The notes under the pieces were generated by a model. The model had not been told where the DNA came from, searched no databases, and saw only the letters and a list, made by a program, of their open reading frames with translations. This document shows positions 18,440 to 26,893 of a stretch of 26,893 nt of DNA, in pieces. The translations under genes were made by a program, and so were the position numbers. Source of the stretch: Armatimonadota bacterium (GTDB taxonomy: Bacteria; Armatimonadota; Zipacnadia; Zipacnadales; UBA5352); NCBI GenBank assembly GCA_034722055.1, contig JAYENL010000225.1, positions 1 to 26,893 of the forward strand, written 5' to 3'. How positions within the stretch are numbered: position 1 is the first letter of the stretch; the number at the start of each line of letters is the position of its first letter.

Positions 18440-19710
18440 AGGTGGTCGATGGCACGCCTACCTACTATGCCTACAACGAGGCCAATCAACTGCTGACCGA
18501 GACCACCGGGGAGGAGACCGTCTACTACTCGTACGACGGCTGCGGGAACACGATCGCGAAGCAGGAGGCCGCCGGGATCACCTACTATGTCTACGATGTC
18601 GAGAACCTGATGACGCGCATCGACTTCCCGGACGACGGGCACAGCTACTACAGCTATGACGCTGACTCGAAGCGTGTAGACCAGCGGACACCGGATGGCT
18701 TCCGGGAGTTCGTCTACCAGGGCCCGGACTGCCAGAGCTGGCCGCAGGCCAGCTCCCTGCAGCTCGAGCGGGACGAGAGCGAGGAGACGGTGGCGCACTA
18801 CACCATGGGCTCGGGGCTGGAGGCCATGCGCCGCGACAGCACCAGCAGCTTCTATCACTTCAATCACCTCGGCACCGCGCTGGCGCTGACCGCCGCGGAT
18901 GGGGCGGTGACCGACACGTATCGCCACGACGCCTGGGGCGTGCTGCTGGCGAGCACCGGCGCGACGGTCAACCCCCACACCTACGTCGGCCGCGAGCGCT
19001 ACTACCGCATGCCGAACGCGGACCTCTACCACCTGGGCTTCCGCGACTACGCGCAGCGGCTGGGGCGGTTCATGACGGTGGATCCTGTCATGCATGGCGA
19101 GCTCGCCGCATCCGATCTGGCTTGGCCAAGTGCGGACTTCGGTTGGGCGCAGGAAGCCGCGTCGCGACAGGACGTGAGCAAGTTGCGGCACGTCATGACG
19201 CTGGTACGGCGTTCCATCCCGGCCGTGTTCTCGCGGGCCAGGGTAGGCTCGCGGTCTTACACATACGCCCGGAACCTGACTCTCCGCCTCACTGACCCGC
19301 TTGGCTTGCAGCCGGGGAAGGGAGGAGGCACCACTTGCGAGGATGCCCGCGACGCTGAACTGGACACCGCGCTATGGGTATACGAGCAGATGAAGACGAA
19401 GACGAGGCAGTGGGAGCAGCGCGCATTGCAGGAGTGTAGGACGACGTGCCGGAAGAAGTTCCCGCCTACACCGGGGGATTTCGCCTATATCAGTTGCGTG
19501 CACCTGTGCGAATCTGCGGTAAGCATTGCTGCCGACATCTGGCGCGCTGGGATCTACCTGTACTACGCAGTCTCCATTGCCCTTGTTTGGGCACGCTACG
19601 CCGCTTGCATAGCGTGTAAGCCCATCAGCGATGAATTGGCGGAGATCATCCGCGGCTTGGAGTTGATGCTACAGGATCTGCGTGCCAAGCTCGGCCCAGG
19701 CAAGCCATAG
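18436..19710 (+). CDS. Orphan Rhs cassette 2 (core fragment plus a different Cys-containing hydrophobic C-terminal toxin)
   Basis: Near-identical core to cassette 1 from 18408. Motifs RFMTVDP and YTYARNLTLRLTDPLG (ends 19305), then a 134-aa unique tip. Confidence 0.85.
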   Translation: MKVVDGTPTYYAYNEANQLLTETTGEETVYYSYDGCGNTIAKQEAAGITYYVYDVENLMTRIDFPDDGHSYYSYDADSKRVDQRTPDGFREFVYQGPDCQSWPQASSLQLERDESEETVAHYTMGSGLEAMRRDSTSSFYHFNHLGTALALTAADGAVTDTYRHDAWGVLLASTGATVNPHTYVGRERYYRMPNADLYHLGFRDYAQRLGRFMTVDPVMHGELAASDLAWPSADFGWAQEAASRQDVSKLRHVMTLVRRSIPAVFSRARVGSRSYTYARNLTLRLTDPLGLQPGKGGGTTCEDARDAELDTALWVYEQMKTKTRQWEQRALQECRTTCRKKFPPTPGDFAYISCVHLCESAVSIAADIWRAGIYLYYAVSIALVWARYAACIACKPISDELAEIIRGLELMLQDLRAKLGPGKP

Positions 19711-19728
19711 TCTAAGGGAGGTGGTGAG

Positions 19729-20160
19729 GTGCGTACGGCAATCGTGATCGTATCAGCCGCAATCGCGTGGCTGCTGGTTCTCGCGATCGCCACACAACCG
19801 CTGATCGCTGCGTCCGAAGGCGCCCGCGCAGGACCATCGCTGGCATTCGCCTATCTCGCCTTCGTCGCCGCGCTCTCTCTCGTTGCGGGCCTCGCGGTTG
19901 GGCGTCTCGGATCGACGAGCCACTGGTCGGGTGCCATACTGGGCCTTGTGCTGGCGGGAGGCATGATGCTTCTGGTTCTCGCTGCTGCCGCGGGCCTGCC
20001 CGTGCCCGGGTTGTTGAGTGTCGGCATCGTCGTCGTGACCTTGATCATCCCAAGTGCCTGGTGCGGCGCGTGGCTTGGCAGTCGCCGCCACCGTGGGTCT
20101 GAGGATGAACAGAGGGGCGTGCCCGAGGTGTTTAACTCGAAAAGCACGCGACGGTCCTGA
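19729..20160 (+). CDS. Putative membrane immunity protein (about 4 TM helices) for Rhs cassette 2
   Basis: GGAGG RBS and a GTG start 18 nt after the toxin stop. Four hydrophobic segments. Confidence 0.72.
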   Translation: MRTAIVIVSAAIAWLLVLAIATQPLIAASEGARAGPSLAFAYLAFVAALSLVAGLAVGRLGSTSHWSGAILGLVLAGGMMLLVLAAAAGLPVPGLLSVGIVVVTLIIPSAWCGAWLGSRRHRGSEDEQRGVPEVFNSKSTRRS

Positions 20161-20188
20161 CAGCGCCCACCGCCTTCGCGGCGGGCGC

Positions 20189-20504
20189 GCACAGTTACTA
20201 CTCCTACGACGCTGATTCGAAGCGGGTAGACCAGCGGACCGCGGACGGATTCCGGGAGTTCGTGTATCAGGGGCCGGACATGCTGAAGCTGCAACTGGAG
20301 CGCGACGAGAGCGAGGAGACGGTGGCGCACTACACCATGGGCTCGGGGCTGGAGGCGATGCGCCGCGACAGCACGAGCAGCTTCTACCACTTCAACCATC
20401 TGGGCACGACGCTGGCGCTGACCGGCGCGGACGAGGCGGTCAGTGATACGTATCGCCACGACGCGTGGGGCGTTTTGCTGGCGAGCACCGGCAGCACCGT
20501 CAAT
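20189..20504 (+). pseudogene. Rhs core fragment (cassette 3) with no DPxG motif or toxin
   Basis: 316 nt collinear with 16755-17070 (HSYYSYDADSKRVDQRT...DAWGVLLASTGSTVN). Similarity then ends abruptly. Confidence 0.85.
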
Positions 20505-20798
20505 ACTTGGGATGAGTGTGTGTGGCATGAGTCCGACGGGAACACGCTCAGCGCTGGCTCATAGTAAGAGTACCGTACCGTGATTTCGAAAACGCCTGAC
20601 CTGCTCGGGGCCACATCTGCTGCCCGCCGAGCCCGCCGAGGATTTCCCGGGCGAGATCTTCCGCCAAGTCAGCTACTCTGGGTCGCGATGTACTCCTGCA
20701 TCTTCTTCGGACCGGCCCACCACTGCGCTGAGATGGGCCAGATAACGGCGCCGAAGCGGGGCCCCGGTAGTTCGAACAGCCATCAGGAGAGGTCAACT

Positions 20799-23700
20799 AT
20801 GCGTCTTAGGACTCTCGCCTCGATCGCGGTGCTATGTATCGCCGCGCCGGTGCCGGCCGCGGAGCAGGGCGATGTTCTGCTGTATCTGCCACTGGACGGG
20901 AGCGTGCAGCCCCGCATCGCCGCCGAGCCCACCGAGGTGTCGGTGAGCGGCCCAGAGGAGTACGCTGAGGGGATGATCGGCCGGGCGCTGGTGGTCGGCG
21001 ACGGGGCCGCCCAGCTTGAGCTGCCTGCGAAGGGCAATGTTCTGGCCGAGCGCGGCACCGTTGAGATGTGGGTCTGCCCCTTGGACTGGAGTGGAGGCGA
21101 CAGCAAGTTCCACGAGTTCTTCGCGACCTCCGGGGAGGGCTGGATCCTGCTCTACAAGTACCTCTCCCCGGGCAGGCTGCTGTTTTTGATGGCTGATGAC
21201 CGCGCGGCTCAGAGCTGGATGACCGCCGCGGCCAACATCCGCGACTGGGAGCCCGGGCAGTGGCACCACATCGCCGCGACCTGGCGCACCGGGGAGATCG
21301 CCGTCTACGTCGAACGTCAGCAAGCCGCCTCCGTCCCGGAAGCCCCGCTGTCGCCGGACGTGGGCGAGGTCATACAGCTCGGCGACCGACCGTGGCATAT
21401 CGAGCGCGATGCCCGCACGCTCATCGACGAGGTGGTCGTCTATCGACGCGCCCTGGCGGCCGCGGAAGTCGAGGCGTCGTACCGGCGCGCGCAGCCGATC
21501 GCACCCTCGGACCGTCCGCTGGTGATGCTGGGGCCCGGCGAGGCCCCCACGATCGACGGGCAGATGGATCAGGACGAATGGAACTCGGCCTGCGCGGTGA
21601 CGGGATTCGTGGACAACATTACGGGGGAGGTCGCGCGGCGCCACACGTGGGCCTACCTGGCGCGCGACGATGATGCGCTCTCCCTGGCATTCCTCAGCGA
21701 GCTGCCTGAGGGCGGCCTGGTGGACACCGTGCGCGAGGCGGATGGCCCGGTGTGGCATGACGACGCCATCGAGGTGTTCATCGATCCCAGCGCCGGTGTC
21801 GAGCGCGACGCCTACTACCACCTCATCGTCAACCCCTCCGGCGTTTGCTACACCTCGCGTGGCAAGGACAGCCCTGAGCGCTGGAGCCCTGACCTTCGCG
21901 TGGCGTCCGACGTGTCGGCCGACGTGTGGATGGTGGAGATCGCCATCCCCTGGGAGGACCTGGGCGGGCCGCCGGAGGAGGGAGAGACCTGGGGACTCAA
22001 TCTCTGCCGCGATTGGCAGAAGCCGACGCAATGGACCTCCTGGGCGCACGTGCGCAACTTCCACGATTCAGGCGGATACGGCCGACTGGTGTTCGCTGAG
22101 GCGCCCTTCGTCCAGGTGGTGGAGCTCGGCCGGCTGGAGCGAGGCCAGCTCAGGCTCACGGGTCACACTCGGGGCGCCGCAGCCAGAGAGGTGGTCCGCG
22201 TTCTGCGCCGTGACCGGGAGGTCTTCGCCGAGGAGATGGCCCTGGTGCCGGAGCCGGGAGACGTAGCCCTGTTGGACGCCGAGACTGACCTCGACGAGAG
22301 CGGCGCCTACCGCCTGGAGATCGAAGTCCGGCGCCAGGCCGATGATGCCCTGTGCTACTGGATGACCGCCCCGTTCACGTACTTCCCCGCGCTGCGGCTG
22401 TCATCCCGGCCGCGCCCGGACCTGGGAGTGTGGCGCCTGACGGCCGATGTCAGCGGCTGGCGCGGCCCACGCCAGGACCTGTCCGTCCGGCTGCAGACCA
22501 CCGATCCCGCTGGCGAGGTGATCTGGGAGGGCGCTGTCAGCGAGTTCGAGGGTGATCGCACGACCGCTGAGATGCCCGAGCAGGAGATCGGTGCCGGCGA
22601 GTACCGCATCCGCGGCCGGCTCATTGCGGATGGCGGAGAGGTGGCCGACGCGGAGATTACCCAGGTGAAGCCCGATGTGTCCGCCTGGTGGGGCAATGAC
22701 CTCTACGAGGAGCTTGAGGTGCTTCCGCCGTGGACGCCCGTGCAGGTGGAGGGCGCCACGGTGCGGACCTGGGGGCGCTCCTACGAGTGGGACGGCCCCC
22801 TGCCCGCGAAGATCAGCAGCCACGGCGAGCAGATGCTCAGTCGCCCCATGACGCTGGTCGTCACTACGGAAGATGGCGCTGTCCAGTGGCGGAACGCCGC
22901 CGCCTGGGTCGCGCAGCACCGTGATGTGTTTGCCGTCGTCGAGGGGCGAGCGGAGGGCGGCCCGGTGGCCGCGCGCACGCGCTGCACGACGGAGTTCGAC
23001 GGCATGACGCGCGTGGACCTTGAGTTGGTGCCAGACGGGACGGCGAATCTGCAGTCGGTCAGGCTCGAGATCCCCATGCGCGCCGAGAGCGCCACACTCA
23101 GACACTTCCAAGGCAGTCCCAGGAATGAGCCGGTCTCCGGGGCGATAGCCCCGGGGGGGGACAGGTCTGGTCCTCAGAGCGCTTCCGGCCCTACTACTGG
23201 CTGGGCGACGAAGAGCGCGGCCTCATGTGGTTCTGTGAGAGCGATCAGGGCTGGGTGGCGGGCCAGCGGCCGCCCATGCGCCTCGAGCGTCGCAACGATG
23301 AGGCCGTCCTCGTGATCGAGCCGATCGCAGGACCGACCACGCTCGATGAGCCCTGGGGATGGACCTTCGGGCTGCACGCGACGCCCGTGAAGCCCTTCCC
23401 TCAGCGGTGGCGCTCTCTTCGTATGCGAGGCGACGGTGGGCGGATCAGTATCCTGTGGTCCACGCCGTCGCTGCTGAAGTACTTCGGCTACGCTGAGGCG
23501 GCCGATCCGGAGGCCTTCGCAGCACGGGTTGCGGGTCTGCGCGAGGCTGCGCAGCTCGCCGTTCCCTACTCCAACCTGCGCATGCTGTCTGAGCAGAGCC
23601 CGGAGTGGCAGTACTTCGGCGCAGTGTGGGGGGTGCCCGGCCGAGCGGATCGCAGCTCCAGCGACGTCGGCGCCTTTGGCGCGCCCTTCATGGGCGTATG

Positions 23701-24553
23701 CCCAGCGGCTGAGGGCTGGGCCGACTTCGTGGTCTGGAAGAACAAGCAGTACGTGCAGACCTACGGCCTCGGCGGCCTCTATCACGACCACTCGGTGCCG
23801 GTGGCCTGCGACAATCCCCTGCACGCCTGCGGCTGGGAGGACGCTGAGGGCGCGCGCCACAGCCGCTTCCCCATCTTCGCCGCCCGCGATCTCTACCGCC
23901 GCATCTACGCCATGCTCAAGGACCAGCCCTACGAGACCTTCATGATGGGCCACATGTCGGGCCGCCTGATGATCCCGATGCTCTCGTTCTGCGACGCCTA
24001 CCTCGACGGCGAGCACTTCCGGGGTCGCGTGGTCGATGACTACACGCAGCTTCTGTCGCTCGACGCCTTCCGGGCCGAGTTCATGGGCAAACAGTGGGGT
24101 GTGCTCCCGTATCTTCTGCCGGAGTTCCCCGAGGGGGTGAGGGACGAGCGCGCCCCCACGAGGCACCTGATGTCGCTCACGGTCCTGCACGACACGCTGG
24201 TGTGGCCCTCGTGGTGCAACCGAGAGGTAGTCTTCGGGGTCCGGGAGGCCCTGGACGAGTTCGGCTACGTGGATGCACAGTTCCTGGGCTACTGGGACAA
24301 CAACGCGTGGCTGAGGCGCGGCCAGGAGGGAGTGAAGGTCAGCGCCTACACGAGGGATGGCCGGGCGTTGCTGATCGTCTCGAACCTCGCCGCCGAGCTA
24401 CAGGACATTAGGCTGGAGGTGGACGCCGCGGTCCTGGGCGTTGTTGGGGCCTCAGCGATCAACGCCGAGACTGGGGATCGGCTGCCAATCGCGGACGGGA
24501 CCGTCACGTTGAGCATCCCCGCGCGGGACCTAGCGCTGGTATGGCTGGAGTAG
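20799..24553 (+). CDS. Secreted LamG + CBM9-like + GH123/DUF6067-like protein, interrupted by a frameshift in a G8 tract at 23153-23160
   Basis: ATG 20799 with AGGAG RBS and a signal peptide. LamG (GTVEMWVCPLDW, WHHIAATW, IDEVVVY), CBM9-like (PTIDGQMD, DDAIEVFIDP, WMVEIAIPW, WGLNLCR) and TEFDGM motifs. Adding one G joins it in frame to GQVWSSERFRPYYWLGDEERGLMWFCESD...GLYHD, giving 1251 aa. Confidence 0.8.
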
Positions 24554-24729
24554 GCTGCGATCGAGGACCGAAATCCCGCTCCCAATTCCAGCGTCGGTTG
24601 CCTCGCTCAGTTCGCTCGCTACCGCCAGCAACCGGCTTCACTGGGATATCGCCCTCTACTGGGGATGGACCTGGGTCTTGAGTACCGACAATAGCCAACG
24701 CTATAAGGTCCCTGGTTGACAGAAAGCGC

Positions 24730-24965
24730 TTCCTGATGGCCGGTGACCGCCGTGGCCAACATCAGCGACTGGGAGCCGGGGCAGTGGTACCACATCGCCG
24801 CAATCTGGCGCCACGAGCAGACCGGCGGATGGGTGCGAGGAAGTGCGTTGCTGCGCGTGCCCCTGGGAGCATATCGCGCCGTCATCGGCCTCTTCGTGCA
24901 CGGGCAGGGGCCGGAGGATTGCGGATTCTTCGACCACGTGAGCTTTCAGCGGCTGACCGCCGACT
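24730..24965 (+). pseudogene. Collapsed remnant of a LamG...CBM gene paralog
   Basis: 24730-24811 is a diverged copy of 21183-21287 (TAVANISDWEPGQWYHIAAIWR vs TAAANIRDWEPGQWHHIAATWR). It is fused to a CBM-like end (GGWVRGSALLRVPLGAYRAVIGLFVHGQGPEDCGFFDHVSF). Confidence 0.65.
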
Positions 24966-24984
24966 GCCCCGAGGAGAGTGCGCA

Positions 24985-26241
24985 GTGGACTGGACCATCC
25001 AGGGCGTCATCGAGTTGGGCTGCTGGATCGGGCACTTTCCGCACCGTTGGCCGACCGGCCACGATGCCGAGGACTGCATCGACGCGCATATCGACTGCAA
25101 CATCCGCCACCTCGTGTGGGAGCTTGGGCGCAGTGTCCTGGCCTACCACAGCGACCTGCCCGGCGCGAGCTGCAAGGGCTTCCTCGACGAAGCCCTGGTT
25201 GAGGGGGCGCAGCCACGCGCGGTCGAAGCCATGTATCGCGAGCGCTGCCAGCTACGCGCTGCGCTGCAGTACGGCCGCGAGCGGGGCTGCACCGTCTACG
25301 GGCGGCTGAGCATGAACCGACATTACTCGCCCGGCAGCCCGCACCGGGGGCGCTTCGCGCAGAACCACCCGCAGCTTCTGGAGATGCATCGCGACGGCCG
25401 GCTCGACGTGACCCGGCTCAGCTTTGGTGCCCCGGAGTACCGCCGCGAGCGGGTGGAGATACTGATGGAGGCGGCGCGGATCGGCTGCGAGGGCCTCTGC
25501 CTCGACTTCTGCCGCCAGCCGCCGGCTGTCCGCTATCATCCATCGCTGGTGAACCCGTGGCGCCGGGAGACCGGCCGCGATCCGCGCGAGTTGAGGCTCT
25601 CGGCAGAGCGGGACGAGTTTCTCGCCTGGTGCGAGTTCCGCGCCCGGTCGGTCACTGCGCTGCTCGTCGAGCTGAAGGAGCAGCTCGATCAGCTCCGGGA
25701 GCGCTACGACCGCGAGATCCCCGTGCAGGTGCGCATACCAAACGACGGGATCGAGGCGAATCTGATCTGCGGCTTTGCGGTGGAGGAGTGGTGCAGTCGG
25801 GGCCTGATCGACGAGATCGCGCTTTCGGAGCTGCGCTGGATCGAGGAGTACCAGCAGTGGGATGATCAGCCCTATCTCGCCCTCGGCCGCGAGCACGACA
25901 TCCCGGTCTACGCGGGCAACAACTGCCTGCCGGTGCAGAGAGGCGGGTGGAGCGGGGAGTGCAACCCGCGCGGAGTGAACCCGTGGGTGATGGCGCGGCG
26001 GGCGCTGGCCGCACATGACAACGGGGCCGCGGGCGTGTGCGTCTACCAGTCAGACCTGGGCGTGCAGTGGCCCGGCCAGATGGAGGCGCTGGCAACGTTC
26101 GCCGATCCGGAGATGCTGCGCGGCTACGTGGAGGACCCGCAGGTGCAGGAGCGCCACCCGGTGACCGACGAGAATCGCAACTTTGGCATCGACAACCACT
26201 CGTCGCTGCCCGGTCAGTTCATCAGCGTCGATGAGCTGTGA
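24985..26241 (+). CDS. Glycoside hydrolase-like TIM barrel protein (GHL10/DUF187-like), no signal peptide
   Basis: Start reassigned to GTG 24985 because of GAGGAG 8 nt upstream (418 aa). Motifs VYGRLSMN, FAQNHPQLL, LSFGAPEYR, EGLCLDFCR, WCEFRARSVT, WCSRGLIDEI and GAAGVCVY. Confidence 0.78.
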   Translation: MDWTIQGVIELGCWIGHFPHRWPTGHDAEDCIDAHIDCNIRHLVWELGRSVLAYHSDLPGASCKGFLDEALVEGAQPRAVEAMYRERCQLRAALQYGRERGCTVYGRLSMNRHYSPGSPHRGRFAQNHPQLLEMHRDGRLDVTRLSFGAPEYRRERVEILMEAARIGCEGLCLDFCRQPPAVRYHPSLVNPWRRETGRDPRELRLSAERDEFLAWCEFRARSVTALLVELKEQLDQLRERYDREIPVQVRIPNDGIEANLICGFAVEEWCSRGLIDEIALSELRWIEEYQQWDDQPYLALGREHDIPVYAGNNCLPVQRGGWSGECNPRGVNPWVMARRALAAHDNGAAGVCVYQSDLGVQWPGQMEALATFADPEMLRGYVEDPQVQERHPVTDENRNFGIDNHSSLPGQFISVDEL

Positions 26242-26410
26242 CGGCCACGCTGTTCGCTGCCAAGACCTGACAGCAGAGAGGCGATCATCAGATGCATCGT
26301 GGCAGCCAAGGTGACGGCCACGGCTCTGGGGATACAGACGCTTTCATTCCCCGGGGCCGGGATAGGGCCGGCTCTCTCCTGCGCCGGGCGGATGTGCGGG
26401 AAGCCACAGG

Positions 26411-26586
26411 CGCGGAGACCCGTGATCCGCTGCCAATTGCGGATGATGCGCTGACGCTGAGCCTTCCCCGCGCGGGACTTGGCGCTGGTGCGGTTCCAGT
26501 AGGCTACGATAAGCGCCCCCCAATGCCGACCTCCATCCCAGCGTCGCTCACCTCTCTGCGTTCGCCCGCTATTGCCAGCAACTGGC
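26411..26586 (+). repeat. Diverged direct-repeat copy of 24463-24636 (3' end of the GH123-like gene plus its downstream non-coding DNA)
   Basis: GAETRDPLPIADDALTLS... vs NAETGDRLPIADGTVTLS...; shared ccccgcgcgggac, gcgctggt, agtaggct, ccagcgtcg, gttcgc and gccagcaac. The copy has one extra base. Confidence 0.75.
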
Positions 26587-26893
26587 GTGAGACCAAGGAG
26601 CAAACGCGACGCAATGCAAGCGCGACCGATGAGACATCTGAGAAGACCCGCGCCGGTTGTCGCGATACTCGTGAGTCTGGGTTTGGGACGCTGTGATGGC
26701 GAGGAGCCGGAAGACACTGCCCGCGCCTCCGACCAAACGCATGAGGACGAAGCCGCGGCCGCTCTTGGGAGCAGCCTCCAGGCGAGGGAAACGTGACCGA
26801 AGCGGAACTCGCCCGAGCTGGCGGCCAGCGTGTCATGTCTTCCGGGACGTGTCCAGCCGGCAGGTCATGACAGGGGCTGGCCGCCGGGGGCAT

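Noticed and set aside
16524..20504. Repeats read as a CRISPR array, diversity-generating retroelement or IS ends
   Set aside because: The repeats are long coding Rhs cores with mostly synonymous differences, not adenine-specific ones. No cas, reverse transcriptase, transposase or integrase gene is in the window.
20262..20564. 100-aa ORF as a functional third Rhs toxin
   Set aside because: Core similarity stops at 20504 before DPxG. No toxin or immunity gene follows.
20580..20798. N-terminal extension of the LamG ORF in the track
   Set aside because: The RBS and signal peptide support ATG 20799 instead.
24678..24707. Possible promoter TTGAGT-N18-TATAAG upstream of the remnant and GHL10-like gene
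   Set aside because: Non-optimal spacer and a missing conserved final T of the -10 box. Too weak to call.
24736..24984. N-terminal extension of the GHL10-like ORF, and the 24743-25309 ORF as a real gene
   Set aside because: The region is a gene remnant in another frame. The RBS supports GTG 24985, and the remnant frame merely reads on into the next gene.
26614..26796. Short ORF with a signal-peptide-like start (MQARPMRHLRRPAPVVAILVSLGLGRC)
   Set aside because: RBS spacing is long (13 nt), there is no recognisable domain and it sits in a degraded region. Possibly a remnant but not supportable.

Overview
GC-rich bacterial window. The gene content resembles Armatimonadota or PVC-type glycan degraders, which is an inference only. 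It has three parts. (1) A cluster of secreted putative carbohydrate-processing proteins: three DUF4838 paralogs, a heparinase II/III-like + FG-GAP protein, a LamG-CBM9-GH123/DUF6067-like gene split by a frameshift in a G8 run, a GHL10-like glycoside hydrolase and a sugar-phosphate isomerase/epimerase. (2) A compact divergon in which an XRE-HTH/coiled-coil/TPR regulator, with a near-leaderless promoter and a candidate operator, sits between two lipoprotein genes. (3) An Rhs polymorphic-toxin array at about 16.1-20.5 kb, with three progressively truncated Rhs core copies, two unrecognised cysteine-rich C-terminal toxins and two matching immunity candidates (a lipoprotein and a 4-TM protein). One toxin ends in a mirror-symmetric 10-Cys motif reminiscent of halocin C8. 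The array shows patchwork recombination and a palindromic insertion. Degraded duplicate fragments of the LamG/GH gene flank the GHL10-like gene. All family assignments come from motif recognition by eye; no searches were run.
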